The notes beneath the pieces are model-generated. The model saw nothing but the letters and a program-made list of their open reading frames with translations. It made no database searches and was not told the DNA's origin. Below are positions 40,296-51,373 of a DNA stretch of 64,000 nt, one piece after another. The number at the start of each line of letters is the position of its first letter. Position 1 is the stretch's first letter. The translations under genes were made by a program, and so were the position numbers. Origin of the DNA: Phocaeicola sp. Its GTDB lineage: Bacteria; Bacteroidota; Bacteroidia; Bacteroidales; Bacteroidaceae. The stretch lies in contig JAHHQU010000002.1 in NCBI GenBank assembly GCA_020026225.1, positions 16,810 to 80,809 on the forward strand. Direction: 5' to 3'.

Positions 40296-41753
40296 ATGCT
40301 ATCGAAAAGGAACCTTATCAATCTATTAATGGGAAGTTGCTGTCTCAGTTTATCTGCGCAGCAACCCACACGGCCCAACGTCCTGTTCATCTATGCCGAC
40401 GATTTGGGCTATACCGACTTGAGCTGCACAGGTAGCTCTTTTTATGAAACTCCTAATATCGACCGACTCGCATCCGAGGGAATCACATTTACTCAATCGT
40501 ATGCCGCATGTCCCGTGTCTTCTCCATCCCGAGCAGCCTTGATGACCGGCAAATACCCAGCCCGACTTCATTTGACCGATTATATTCCGGGTGACCAAGC
40601 CTATGGTCCGCACAAAGACCAACGCTTGAAGGCCCAACCGTTCAATCTTCATCTCGACCCACAGGAAACGACACTGGCTGAAGCATTCCAACAGAACGGG
40701 TATTCCACCTTTATGGCTGGCAAATGGCACCTCTGTGAAGAACAGCAATATTATCCGGAAGCCAATGGATTCGACTTGAATATTGGTGGAAACAAAACCG
40801 GACATCCTGCAGGAGGATATTTTTCTCCATATAAGAATCCGCAGATGAAAGATGGTCCCGAAGGAGAATACCTGACCGATCGCTTGGCCGATGAAGTGAT
40901 CCAATACCTCAAGCGTCCCAAGGACAAACCTTTCTTTGCCTACCTTTCGTTCTATACTGTCCATCTCCCCATGCAAGCCAAACAAGAAAAAATCCGCAAG
41001 TACGAGGAGAAGTTGAAACGAATGAACGATACGGCTCCTTTTTTCATCCAGCACGGAAAGACCTATCACAAGGTACAGCAAAACATGGCGGTCTACGCTG
41101 CCATGGTAGAAAGTATGGATGAGAATGTCGGTCGCGTCTTGGATGCTCTGAAGGAATTAGGACTGGATGAAAATACCATCGTTGTGTTCACTTCCGATAA
41201 CGGAGGAATGGCAACCTGCAACAATGCCGATATCATTCCTACCAGCAATTATCCGTATAGAGCCGGAAAAGGTTATCTGTACGAAGGAGGAATCAAGGTT
41301 CCTTCTTTCATCCGCTGGAAAGGTCATTTGGCCTCCAACAGAACTTGCTATGCTCCTATGACCGGAACCGACTATTACCCTACGCTTCTTGATCTGTGCG
41401 GACTGAAACTATTGCCCGAACAACATTTGGACGGCATTTCGCTCAAGCCTGCACTTTATGGAGAAGCGGTGTCACGCGAGGCCATCTTTTGGCATTATCC
41501 TCATTACAGCGGCGGATTGGGCGGACGACCTTCTGCAGCCATCCGTTCCGGAAACTACAAGCTGATTGAGTTCTTTGAAGACAACCATGTGGAACTTTAT
41601 GATGTGGTACACGACTTATCAGAACAGCAAGATCTGTCGGTTGCCCGACCAGACCTGACCCATCTTTTGCAAGAGAAGCTGCACGATTGGCTGACGAGTG
41701 TAGATGCACAGATGCCATCTGCAAATCCTGATTATGACCCAACGAACCAATAA
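40296..41753 (+). CDS. S1 formylglycine-dependent sulfatase (Ser-type)
   Basis: PNVLFIYADDLG, S-x-P-x-R (SSPSRAALMTG), GKWHL, TSDNG and GKGYLYEGGIKVP motifs, plus a signal peptide. A -7 box lies at 40194-40201. Confidence 0.93.
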   Translation: MLSKRNLINLLMGSCCLSLSAQQPTRPNVLFIYADDLGYTDLSCTGSSFYETPNIDRLASEGITFTQSYAACPVSSPSRAALMTGKYPARLHLTDYIPGDQAYGPHKDQRLKAQPFNLHLDPQETTLAEAFQQNGYSTFMAGKWHLCEEQQYYPEANGFDLNIGGNKTGHPAGGYFSPYKNPQMKDGPEGEYLTDRLADEVIQYLKRPKDKPFFAYLSFYTVHLPMQAKQEKIRKYEEKLKRMNDTAPFFIQHGKTYHKVQQNMAVYAAMVESMDENVGRVLDALKELGLDENTIVVFTSDNGGMATCNNADIIPTSNYPYRAGKGYLYEGGIKVPSFIRWKGHLASNRTCYAPMTGTDYYPTLLDLCGLKLLPEQHLDGISLKPALYGEAVSREAIFWHYPHYSGGLGGRPSAAIRSGNYKLIEFFEDNHVELYDVVHDLSEQQDLSVARPDLTHLLQEKLHDWLTSVDAQMPSANPDYDPTNQ

Positions 41754-41903
41754 GCAGTCCATCATAAGCGGTCTGACTTAATGAAGGCAACAGATGTCCA
41801 TTCAGTCCCCCAAAAGGCTTCAACCGCACATACTGCCAAAACTGCCATCAGAGACTGACCTCTCTTTCAAATTACATTATTCACACGATTAAGAACAAAG
41901 ACT

Positions 41904-43304
41904 ATGAAAAAATTAAAAAATACACTTCTGCTCTTCGCCCTTTTGGGATGTATAGCAGGAGGACAAGCCCAAAACATCCAAAAGAAAATACCTCTTCCCA
42001 CTCCCGCACAGCTGACCTGGCAAGATGCAGAACTGGTAGCCGTATTCCATTACGACTTGCATGTCTTCGACGGCAAAAAATACAATCAAGCCTATAACCG
42101 TACCACCCCGATAGAAGACATCAACATCTTCAATCCGGAACAGCTCGATACCGACCAGTGGATTCGCTCCGTAAAAGCCATGGGAGCCAAGATTGCTATT
42201 CTGACCGCCACGCATGAAACAGGATTTGCCCTCTACCAATCGAACGTGAATCCTTACTGCATGAAAGCATTGAAATGGAAAGACGGCAAAGGAGACATCG
42301 TCCGTGATTTTGTCAATTCCTGCCGCAAGTACGGCATCAAGCCCGGTATCTATATCGGCATCCGATGGAACTCCTTCTTAGGGGTATACGATTTCATGAT
42401 GCCTAAAGACGGTACCCAATTCCAACAGAACCGACAAGCTTTCTATAACAAGATGTGCGAAGGCATGACAGAAGAACTGATGTCTCGATACGGCGAGTTA
42501 GCCATTGTATGGTATGACGGAGGAGGTCACGGTCCCGAATTAGGAGGAGCCGACATCTTGCCCATCGTAGAAAAGCACCAAAAGAACATCATCTTCTATC
42601 ACAACAGCCAACGGGCCGACATTCGTTGGGGAGGTTCCGAATCAGGAACCGTAAACTATCCGTGCTGGGGCGGATACCCTTATCCTTACTCCCATTCTAA
42701 AAATCAAGAAACGATTTTCAAGGATAAGTACAAACTTTTAAAATCAGGAGTAGCCGATGGGGAATACTATATGCCTGCCATGTCCGATGCTCCTCTCAGA
42801 GGATATAACGGTCGCCATGAATGGTTTTGGGAGCCCAACGACGAGAGCCATGTCTTCCCCTTGAAGAACCTGATGCACATGTACATGGGTTCTGTAGGAA
42901 ACAACTCGACTTTGATTTTGGGCATTACTCCAGACAACAGAGGTTTGATTCCAGAAACAGACGTACAACGCTTGAAAGAATTCGGAGAGGAAATCACCCG
43001 CCGTTTCGGAACTCCTCTTGCTACAGTTCAAGGAGCAAATAAAAGAATCTACTTGAAACTTCCCAAAGAAAGCGTCATCAATGCCATCAGTGTAAGTGAA
43101 GACCTCACGCAAGGAGAACGGGTCCGCAGTTACCGGATAGAAGGAAAAATCAAAGGGAGATGGACTCCGCTTTCTACAGGAACCTGCATCGGCCACAAGC
43201 ACATCGTAGAGATTAATCCAGTCAAGGTCACTGCCCTCAGACTGATAATCGATCGATGTGTAGCACATCCACACATTGCAGACTTTTCAGTCTATAATTA
43301 TTAA
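41904..43304 (+). CDS. GH29 alpha-L-fucosidase with C-terminal F5/8-like domain
   Basis: PTPAQLTWQ, FNPEQLDTDQW, TATHETGFALY, WYDG nucleophile and SVGNNSTLILG motifs. Confidence 0.9.
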   Translation: MKKLKNTLLLFALLGCIAGGQAQNIQKKIPLPTPAQLTWQDAELVAVFHYDLHVFDGKKYNQAYNRTTPIEDINIFNPEQLDTDQWIRSVKAMGAKIAILTATHETGFALYQSNVNPYCMKALKWKDGKGDIVRDFVNSCRKYGIKPGIYIGIRWNSFLGVYDFMMPKDGTQFQQNRQAFYNKMCEGMTEELMSRYGELAIVWYDGGGHGPELGGADILPIVEKHQKNIIFYHNSQRADIRWGGSESGTVNYPCWGGYPYPYSHSKNQETIFKDKYKLLKSGVADGEYYMPAMSDAPLRGYNGRHEWFWEPNDESHVFPLKNLMHMYMGSVGNNSTLILGITPDNRGLIPETDVQRLKEFGEEITRRFGTPLATVQGANKRIYLKLPKESVINAISVSEDLTQGERVRSYRIEGKIKGRWTPLSTGTCIGHKHIVEINPVKVTALRLIIDRCVAHPHIADFSVYNY

Positions 43305-43333
43305 AAATATTCATTAATATCTTTTCAAATCTT

Positions 43334-44203
43334 ATGAAACACCTATCTATTTTAGCAGCATTTTTACTGCTGCCATTCTGCCTCCATGCAGAAAAAGAAA
43401 TCGATGTATACCTCATTGGAGGACAATCGAACGTTACAGGCCAAGGATATATGAGAAATATCCCACGTGATTACAAAATCGATACATCGGTACACTTCTA
43501 TTATTCTAAGTATTTAAATAATGGTAAAGGAAGTGAACGATGGAGAGAGTTATGCCAAGCATCTGAAACAGAAGACAAGTTCGGCGTAGAATTAAGTTTG
43601 GGTACTTCCTTAAAACAGCACTTCCCCACTCGTGAGATTGCATTAATCAAACACGGTCTTTCCGGTTCCAATCTTTATGAACAATGGAATCCAGGAAACC
43701 GTAACGGCGAAAAGCAAGGTGAAGAATATACAAAATGGTTGTCTACCGTCAAAACAGCTTTAAGCCAATTAAAGCAACAAGGATACACGCCTATCATTCG
43801 AGCCATGGTTTGGCAACAAGGAGAAGGAGACGCTCGTGAGATAGCAGGCATGGAAAACTCCAGACGATATGGAGAAAACCTGAAGAATTTCATTCTCCAA
43901 ATCAGAAAAGAACTCCAAGCACCTGATATGCTATTCATCTATGGAGAAGTCATGCCAATGAAAGCTCCACGATTCACTGGAAGAGAGTTGGTACGCAACG
44001 CCCAAATCGCCGTATCGGAAGCGTCATGTTCTCCATTATCAGTGAAAAACGCTTTTTTAGTGGAGGGAGATGACTTACAGATGAGACGCACAGACTACAG
44101 GACTCCTTTCCCGACAGATGATGTTCATTTGGGAACCTTTGGCTTGTTGGAACTCGGCGAACGTTTTGCAAAGGTTGTCTACGACAACTCTAAATACTGG
44201 TAA
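43334..44203 (+). CDS. SGNH carbohydrate acetylesterase (SASA/CE6-like, sialate O-acetylesterase family)
   Basis: GGQSN, WQQGEGD and DDVH motifs, plus a signal peptide. Confidence 0.85.
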   Translation: MKHLSILAAFLLLPFCLHAEKEIDVYLIGGQSNVTGQGYMRNIPRDYKIDTSVHFYYSKYLNNGKGSERWRELCQASETEDKFGVELSLGTSLKQHFPTREIALIKHGLSGSNLYEQWNPGNRNGEKQGEEYTKWLSTVKTALSQLKQQGYTPIIRAMVWQQGEGDAREIAGMENSRRYGENLKNFILQIRKELQAPDMLFIYGEVMPMKAPRFTGRELVRNAQIAVSEASCSPLSVKNAFLVEGDDLQMRRTDYRTPFPTDDVHLGTFGLLELGERFAKVVYDNSKYW

Positions 44204-44228
44204 CTGTTCCTTCCTTGAAAGAAACAGC

Positions 44229-44273
44229 AAAGGCCCGATTGACAGATGAAACAACGGTCAATCGGGCCTTTTT
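44229..44273. terminator. Bidirectional terminator
   Basis: AAAGGCCCGATTGAC...GTCAATCGGGCCTTTTT. Confidence 0.8.
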
Positions 44274-44349
44274 ATACAATCATGCAGACTGCCTTACCAA
44301 CTCCCCATAAAAAAGATTTTTCAGAGGAAGTGGAAGCAACTCACATTCA

Positions 44350-44673
44350 TTATGGATGTTGCACCGTCTCTTTCTTATACCATCTTCTAAACCAAACAGA
44401 AGCAAAGACGGTTCCAAAGACAATCCATAAATAAGAGCTTGTACCAAACTGAGCCCCCATGATAGCTCCATAAATAGGGCCGAGTCCTGCAATGTTTAAA
44501 AATTGAATCATAAAGATTTTCCAGGTAGGCAGCGGAACATAGTCTACCCCATCGGTCATCGTTACTGCCGGTGTTTTTCTTGTTGGATCCGGGACAAATA
44601 ATTTATTGATGTATTTTCCATAAGTCAGATATCCCACCACCAGCAAAACTAATGCAATGCTAAATGTTACCAT
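44350..44673 (-). pseudogene. cstA: Carbon starvation protein CstA remnant (in-frame internal deletion)
   Basis: The CstA N-terminus (TPA..M.DGVDYVP, IQFLNIAGLGPIYGAIMGA, WIVFGTVFA) runs directly into a basic C-terminal-type tail, SVWFRRWYKKE. It is only 107 aa, whereas CstA is a multi-TM protein several times longer. Confidence 0.8.
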
Positions 44674-44753
44674 GTTAATTTAAAGTTATATCGGGCACAA
44701 AAGTAACTATAATTCATGAAGTCTTGTTATCTTTGCCACTCAAAAATGGAGAT

Positions 44754-46418
44754 ATGAACAAGTTTGCAATCATTTTGGCATTTATCTTAGGACTGGCTCT
44801 TCCGCTTCAAGCTGAAAGCAAATATGAAGTCAGAGCCACGTGGCTCACCACATTGGGAGGGATGGACTGGCCTACCCAAAAGGCAACGTCCCCGGCTGGC
44901 ATCAAGAGACAGAAAGAAGAGTTGTGCAAGATTCTCGACCAATTGAAAGCGGCTCATTTTAATACCATACTGTTCCAAACCCGTCTTCGAGGTGATGTGA
45001 TATATCCTTCAAAATACGAAGGTTTTGCCGAATGCCTTGCCGGAAGAACCGGTAAATCTCCAGGATATGACGCTCTGGAATTTGCCATCCAAGAGTGCCA
45101 CAAACGCGGTTTGGCATTCCATGCCTGGATAGTGACCATTCCTATCGGCAACCAAAGACAAATCAAGCTGCTCGGAAAGAATTCCGTCGTAAAGAAACAG
45201 CCCAGCTTGTGCAAGAAATTCAATGGAAGCTGGTTTCTCGACCCCAGCAATCCACGTACAGCCAACTACCTCTCTAACATTGTAAAAGAAATCGTGACCC
45301 GATACGATGTGGACGGAATCCATCTGGATTATATCCGTTACCCGGAACATGGAAAGAGATTTCCTGACCAAAGAGAATTCAAGAAATATGGTAAAGGGAA
45401 AACACTCAACCAATGGAGAAGAGAAAACATCACCCGCATTGTTCGACGCATCTACACAGATGTCAAATCATTGAAACCTTGGGTAATAGTAAGCAGTTCA
45501 CCGGTAGGGAAATACAATGACACCCAACGCTACCGTTCTTTGGGATGGAATGCATTCCAGGAAGTCCACCAAGATGCACAGGGATGGTTAAAAGAAGGCA
45601 TTCACGATGCACTTTTCCCCATGATGTATTTTCAGGGAAATCATTTTTATCCTTTTGCACTCGACTGGCAAGAGAACAGCAATGGCAGATGGATTGTTCC
45701 CGGATTAGGCATTTACTTTTTGGATCCTCATGAAGGAAATTGGAAATTGGATGAAATCATCAGACAAATTTACTTTACCCGAAATTACCACTTGGAAGGT
45801 CAGGCCTATTTCAGAAATAAATTTTTACTGAACAATACCAAAGGAATATGGGATGAATTAAAGTTATCCTTTTATACGCACCCTGCGGTAACTCCCGCAT
45901 TGTCTTGGATTGACAGCATGGCACCTGCCGCACCAAGCTTCGTTTCTTTTTCTGACCATGACCAACGAATTACCATGAATTGGAAGCCTTCCACTTCCTC
46001 CAAAGCGGGAGGTATTCATTACCGAGTTTACGCCTCCAACAATTATCCCGTGGACATTGAAGCAGCGGAAAATCTCATGGAGACCCACCTCACGGCACAT
46101 GAATACTGCTATGCACCGGCTGTTCCCTGGTTAAAGAAAAACTTTTGGGCCATCACGGCTGTAGACCGTTACGGAAATGAAAGTGCTCCATTGAACATGA
46201 ATCACCCGGAAGGAAGTGAACTAAAATCCTACCTTGACGAATTGCCCCCAGTTCCTGAAGGATGCACATTGGTACTGGACGATGCCACGGGTATGGAAAT
46301 CTTACGCATCCGCACTTCCGATACCTCACCGCTTCCCCACCTGAAGAACGGTTTCTACCGAATCAGCATAATTGAAGCAGACGGAAACAAGAAACTTATC
46401 GGAACCCTCGTCCGTTAA
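44754..46418 (+). CDS. Glycoside hydrolase-like family 10 (GHL10, YddW/DigH-like) protein with Fn3-like C-terminus
   Basis: EVRATWLTT, DWP, FQTRLRGD, GYDAL, YDVDGIHLDY and PMMY motifs. A -7 box lies at 44728-44735. Confidence 0.85.
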   Translation: MNKFAIILAFILGLALPLQAESKYEVRATWLTTLGGMDWPTQKATSPAGIKRQKEELCKILDQLKAAHFNTILFQTRLRGDVIYPSKYEGFAECLAGRTGKSPGYDALEFAIQECHKRGLAFHAWIVTIPIGNQRQIKLLGKNSVVKKQPSLCKKFNGSWFLDPSNPRTANYLSNIVKEIVTRYDVDGIHLDYIRYPEHGKRFPDQREFKKYGKGKTLNQWRRENITRIVRRIYTDVKSLKPWVIVSSSPVGKYNDTQRYRSLGWNAFQEVHQDAQGWLKEGIHDALFPMMYFQGNHFYPFALDWQENSNGRWIVPGLGIYFLDPHEGNWKLDEIIRQIYFTRNYHLEGQAYFRNKFLLNNTKGIWDELKLSFYTHPAVTPALSWIDSMAPAAPSFVSFSDHDQRITMNWKPSTSSKAGGIHYRVYASNNYPVDIEAAENLMETHLTAHEYCYAPAVPWLKKNFWAITAVDRYGNESAPLNMNHPEGSELKSYLDELPPVPEGCTLVLDDATGMEILRIRTSDTSPLPHLKNGFYRISIIEADGNKKLIGTLVR

Positions 46419-46510
46419 TCGTTTTATTTGCTGAAAACGATGGATATAAACGGAATAATCGTTAAATTTGCACAATCAATCTATTGAAACAAACATAATT
46501 ATCATAACTC

Positions 46511-47680
46511 ATGAGTAACCAACGATACATGCAACGCGGCGTTTCAGCATCAAAAGAAGATGTTCATAACGCAATCAAGAACATTGACAAAGGTATTTTC
46601 CCTAACGCTTTCTGTAAAATCATCCCTGATATTTTAGGTGGTGACCCAAAATACTGCAACATCATGCACGCAGATGGCGCCGGTACAAAATCATCTTTGG
46701 CTTATCTGTATTGGAAAGAAACAGGCGACTTGTCTGTATGGAAAGGAATTGCACAAGATGCATTGATTATGAATATCGATGACCTTCTTTGTGTAGGTGC
46801 TGTAGACAACATCTTGGTTTCTTCTACTATCGGTAGAAACAAACTCTTGGTTCCTGGTAAAGTCATCTCAGCAATCATCAATGGAACCGATGAATTGTTG
46901 GCAGAACTCCGTGAAATGGGTGTAGGCGTTTATGCCACAGGTGGTGAAACAGCTGACGTAGGCGACTTGGTTCGTACAATCATCGTAGACAGTACCGTAA
47001 CCTGCCGTATGAAACGTGCTGACGTTATCAACAATGCTAATATCCGTCCAGGTGACGTCATCGTAGGTTTGGCTTCTTATGGTCAGGCTACTTATGAAAA
47101 AGAATACAATGGTGGTATGGGCAGCAACGGTTTGACCAGCGCTCGTCACGATGTATTCTCAAAATATTTAGCAGAAAAATATCCAGAAAGCTACGACAAA
47201 GCTGTCCCAGAAGACTTGGTTTACAGCGGTGGCTTGAAATTGACTGACGAAGTGGAAAGTTCTCCATTGAACGCAGGTAAATTGGTTCTTTCTCCAACTC
47301 GTACTTATGCTCCGGTTGTGAAGAAATTGCTCGATGCTTTGCGTCCTGAAATCCACGGTATGGTTCACTGCTCTGGTGGTGCACAGACTAAGATTCTTCA
47401 CTTCATCGGCGACAATATCCGTGTAATCAAAGACAATCTCTTCCCTGTTCCTCCATTGTTCAAGACTATCAAAGAACAGAGCGGTACAGATTGGGACGAA
47501 ATGTACAAGGTATTCAACATGGGTCACCGTTTGGAAGTATACTTGTCACCAGAACACGCTGAAGAAGTTATCGAAATCAGCAAGTCATTCAACATCGATG
47601 CTCAGATCGTAGGTCGTATCGAAGCAAGCGACAAGAAAGAATTGATCATCCGCAGCGAATTCGGCGAATTCAAGTATTAA
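46511..47680 (+). CDS. purM: Phosphoribosylformylglycinamidine cyclo-ligase (AIR synthase)
   Basis: HADGAGTK, MNIDD, GGETA, GSNG, HCSGG and VFNMG motifs. A -7 box lies at 46463-46470. Confidence 0.92.
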   Translation: MSNQRYMQRGVSASKEDVHNAIKNIDKGIFPNAFCKIIPDILGGDPKYCNIMHADGAGTKSSLAYLYWKETGDLSVWKGIAQDALIMNIDDLLCVGAVDNILVSSTIGRNKLLVPGKVISAIINGTDELLAELREMGVGVYATGGETADVGDLVRTIIVDSTVTCRMKRADVINNANIRPGDVIVGLASYGQATYEKEYNGGMGSNGLTSARHDVFSKYLAEKYPESYDKAVPEDLVYSGGLKLTDEVESSPLNAGKLVLSPTRTYAPVVKKLLDALRPEIHGMVHCSGGAQTKILHFIGDNIRVIKDNLFPVPPLFKTIKEQSGTDWDEMYKVFNMGHRLEVYLSPEHAEEVIEISKSFNIDAQIVGRIEASDKKELIIRSEFGEFKY

Positions 47681-47815
47681 TTTCCGATTCGACGATTATT
47701 GGAAAAAGAATAAAACTTTAAGTAATGGGACTAATAGGAATCATCGGCATTATAGTATGCATTTTTGCTTGGCGCCAATACTTTAAAGGATTTAAAAGAA
47801 ACAAGAAATAAATAA

Positions 47816-48925
47816 ATGGCTGGAAACAACACATTATTAGAGAAACTGGATGGGTTGGTTGCTCGTTTTGAGGAAGTGTCAACCCTTATTACAGACCCTA
47901 ACGTAATTGCCGACCAAAAACGATACGTAAAACTTACCAAAGAGTATAAAGATTTGGGAGACATCATGAAGGCTCGCAAGGAATACATTCAGTGTTTGAA
48001 TGGTCTGGAAGAAGCCAAGCTCATGATGACCGAAAGCGATCCGGAAATGAAGGAAATGGCACGCGAAGAAGCAGCTGCTTGTGAAGCGCGCATACCAGAA
48101 CTGGAAACGGAAATCAAATTGCTCCTCGTTCCTGCCGACCCTCAAGATGACCGTAACGCGATTCTTGAAATACGCGGTGGTACAGGTGGTGATGAAGCTG
48201 CCATCTTTGCTGGCGACTTGTTCCGTATGTACTCTAAATATTGCGAATCGAAGGGATGGAAACTTGAAGCATCCAATGCCAACGAAGGAGCAGCCGGTGG
48301 TTTTAAAGAAATCATCTGTTCCGTATCGGGTGAAAACGTGTATGGCACATTAAAATATGAATCTGGAGTTCACCGCGTACAACGTGTGCCGGCTACCGAG
48401 ACTCAAGGACGTGTACATACATCAGCCGCATCTGTAGCTGTGCTTCCAGAAGCCGAGCCTTTCGACGTAGAGATCAACGAAGGTGAAATCAAATGGGATA
48501 CATTCCGAAGCGGCGGTGCTGGCGGACAGAATGTAAATAAGGTAGAATCAGGTGTACGTCTGCGCTATAATTGGAAGAACCCGAACACAGGCGTAGTAGA
48601 TGAGATTCTGATTGAATGTACCGAGACCCGTGACCAGCCTAAAAATAAAGAACGTGCACTTTCACGCTTACGTACCTTTATTTATGATAAAGAACGACAG
48701 AAGTACGATGAAGACATCGCTTCTAAGCGTAAGACGATGGTAAGTACGGGCGACCGCTCAGCTAAGATCCGTACTTATAACTACCCGCAAGGACGTATCA
48801 CCGATCATCGTATCAACTATACGATTTACAACTTAAACGCTTTCATGGATGGCGATATACAAGACTGTATAGACCACCTGATAGTCGCTGAGAATACCGA
48901 ACGTCTGAAAGCAAGTGAATTATAA
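47816..48925 (+). CDS. prfA: Peptide chain release factor 1
   Basis: ESGVHRVQRVPATE (PxT motif), GGQ and RTYNYPQ motifs. Confidence 0.97.
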   Translation: MAGNNTLLEKLDGLVARFEEVSTLITDPNVIADQKRYVKLTKEYKDLGDIMKARKEYIQCLNGLEEAKLMMTESDPEMKEMAREEAAACEARIPELETEIKLLLVPADPQDDRNAILEIRGGTGGDEAAIFAGDLFRMYSKYCESKGWKLEASNANEGAAGGFKEIICSVSGENVYGTLKYESGVHRVQRVPATETQGRVHTSAASVAVLPEAEPFDVEINEGEIKWDTFRSGGAGGQNVNKVESGVRLRYNWKNPNTGVVDEILIECTETRDQPKNKERALSRLRTFIYDKERQKYDEDIASKRKTMVSTGDRSAKIRTYNYPQGRITDHRINYTIYNLNAFMDGDIQDCIDHLIVAENTERLKASEL

Positions 48926-48959
48926 ATTATAACATGTATATTTCTAAAGATATTACATC

Positions 48960-49784
48960 ATGAAAAAACAAGAACTGGTAGAAAACATTAAACAGAAAAA
49001 ATCTTTCCTCTGCGTAGGTTTGGATACTGATATCAAAAAGATTCCTGAATTCCTTTTGAAAGAGGAAGATCCAATCTTTGCATTTAACAAGGCCATCATT
49101 GACGCTACAGCTCCTTACTGTATCGCTTACAAACCAAACTTGGCTTTCTATGAAAGCATGGGTGTAAAGGGATGGATTTCTTTCGAGAAGACTATTGAAT
49201 ACATCAAGAAAAATTACCCTGAACAGTTTATCATCGCTGATGCTAAACGTGGTGACATCGGTAATACATCTGCCATGTATGCTCGTACTTTCTTCGAAGA
49301 ATTAGACATCGACTCTGTTACTGTAGCTCCTTACATGGGTGAAGACAGCGTAACTCCGTTCTTGACTTATGAAAACAAATGGGTGATTTTATTGGCTTTG
49401 ACTTCTAACAAAGGTTCACACGATTTCCAGTTGACAGCTGATACTGAAGGCGAACGTTTGTTTGAAAAAGTATTGCGCAAATCGCAGGAATGGGCAAACG
49501 ATGAAAACATGATGTATGTAGTAGGTGCAACCCAAGGACGTATGTTTGAAGACATCCGTAAGATTGTTCCTAACCATTTCTTGTTGGTTCCTGGTATCGG
49601 TGCTCAGGGTGGTTCTTTGGAAGAAGTCTGCAAATATGGTATGACCAAAGAATGTGGTCTGATTGTCAACTCAAGCCGTGCCATCATTTACGCTGACAAG
49701 ACTGAAAACTTTGCACAGGCTGCAGGCGAAGCTGCTCACAAAGTACAGCAACAAATGGAAGAGCAATTGAAAGCTATTTTATAA
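48960..49784 (+). CDS. pyrF: Orotidine-5'-phosphate decarboxylase
   Basis: [30 protein letters not shown] and NSSR motifs. Confidence 0.96.
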   Translation: MKKQELVENIKQKKSFLCVGLDTDIKKIPEFLLKEEDPIFAFNKAIIDATAPYCIAYKPNLAFYESMGVKGWISFEKTIEYIKKNYPEQFIIADAKRGDIGNTSAMYARTFFEELDIDSVTVAPYMGEDSVTPFLTYENKWVILLALTSNKGSHDFQLTADTEGERLFEKVLRKSQEWANDENMMYVVGATQGRMFEDIRKIVPNHFLLVPGIGAQGGSLEEVCKYGMTKECGLIVNSSRAIIYADKTENFAQAAGEAAHKVQQQMEEQLKAIL

Positions 49785-49832
49785 TTTTACTCCCATACCG
49801 TTCATCGGTAAAGTACCGGCAGTAAATCATTG

Positions 49833-49888
49833 AAAAATCTGCAAGAAGTGAATTCGTTAAGGATTCTTTCTTGCAGATTTTTGTTTTT
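49833..49888 (+). terminator. Intrinsic terminator after pyrF
   Basis: AAAAATCTGCAAGAA...TTCTTGCAGATTTTTGTTTTT. Confidence 0.75.
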
Positions 49889-50329
49889 CTCCCCACAAAA
49901 TCTCTCCAAACGAAATATTTCAATTCACTATCTGGTAAAAAAAAGATAGAAAAACTTCATGACAACAAGAAACAGCTTAACCGTATAAAGCAAAACAAGA
50001 TAAAAAGAAAGAATGTCTACAAAATCCAGATTCACGACAAGCTAAGGATATGAATTTCAATCAAGTGCACCCCTCTCCTCAAGGAAGAAAAACAAATTTC
50101 TACTGAAAGAGAAAGTCTCCATCAAATACTTCCATAAAATACGGACTTTTTTTTTACATTTCCAGCGACATAAAATGCGTTAAAAAGAGGAGATTTACAA
50201 ATAATTCATATTTTATACGGATATATAAAAAAAAAATACGTAATTTGCATAATTAATATAACGAGCTATTTACATCGTATATATTAACAAATAATAATAG
50301 AAACACTAAGGAAATAAAAGATAGTAATT

Positions 50330-51370
50330 ATGGAGTTCTCAGCTAAACAAATTGCAGAATATATCCAAGGAGTAATCGTAGGAGACGAAAATGCAACCGT
50401 TCATACCTTTGCAAAAATAGAGGAAGGCATCCCGGGCGCATTGTCATTTCTGTCAAATCCCAAATACACTCATTACATCTACGATACCCAGTCGTCTATT
50501 GTACTAGTAAATAAAGATTTCGAGCCAGAACATGAAGTTAAGGCTACTTTAATCAAGGTTGACAACGCTTATGAAAGTTTGGCGAAACTGATGACTCTTT
50601 ACGAAGCTAGTATTCCTAAAAAGACAGGAATCGATCCGCTAGCATCTATTGCAAAAAATGTAAAATTGGGAGAAAATGTTTACGTAGGTCCGTTCGCCTG
50701 CATAGAAGAAGGTGCAGAAATCGGTGACAATGCGTACATTCATCCGCACGTTACAATAGGTTACAATGCCAAAGTTGGCGAAAATTCTATTCTATATCCT
50801 CATGTAACCATTTACCATGACTGCCGAGTTGGCAAGAATTGTATTCTTCATGCTGGTTCAGTAGTAGGAGCTGACGGTTTCGGATTCGCTCCTTCCCCAG
50901 CAGGTTACGAAAAGATTCCTCAAATCGGTATTGCCATCTTAGAAGATGATGTAGAAATCGGTGCAAACACTTGCGTTGACCGTGCTACAATGGGTGCCAC
51001 TGTTGTCCATAAAGGAGTGAAGTTGGATAATCTCATCCAGATAGCCCACAATGTGGAAGTCGGCAGCCATACCGTAATGGCTTCACAAGTAGGTGTAGCC
51101 GGTTCTGCTAAAATAGGTGAATGGTGTATGTTCGGTGGCCAAGTAGGTATAGCCGGACACATTAAAGTAGGTGACCGTGTAAATATCGGTGCACAATCCG
51201 GTATTCCTGGAAACATTAAATCTGGAGTTTCATTGATGGGATATCCCGCAATAGACCCAAGACAGTTCGCACGTTCAGCAGCCATTTACAAGAAGTTGCC
51301 TGAAATGTACTCAGAACTTGGACGACTCCAAAAAGAAATTGAAGAACTAAAAAAATTAACAAATAAATAA
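50330..51370 (+). CDS. lpxD: UDP-3-O-(3-hydroxyacyl)glucosamine N-acyltransferase
   Basis: LSFLSNPKY, hexapeptide repeats, GADGFGF and [12 protein letters not shown] motifs. Confidence 0.97.
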   Translation: MEFSAKQIAEYIQGVIVGDENATVHTFAKIEEGIPGALSFLSNPKYTHYIYDTQSSIVLVNKDFEPEHEVKATLIKVDNAYESLAKLMTLYEASIPKKTGIDPLASIAKNVKLGENVYVGPFACIEEGAEIGDNAYIHPHVTIGYNAKVGENSILYPHVTIYHDCRVGKNCILHAGSVVGADGFGFAPSPAGYEKIPQIGIAILEDDVEIGANTCVDRATMGATVVHKGVKLDNLIQIAHNVEVGSHTVMASQVGVAGSAKIGEWCMFGGQVGIAGHIKVGDRVNIGAQSGIPGNIKSGVSLMGYPAIDPRQFARSAAIYKKLPEMYSELGRLQKEIEELKKLTNK

Positions 51371-51373
51371 CCC

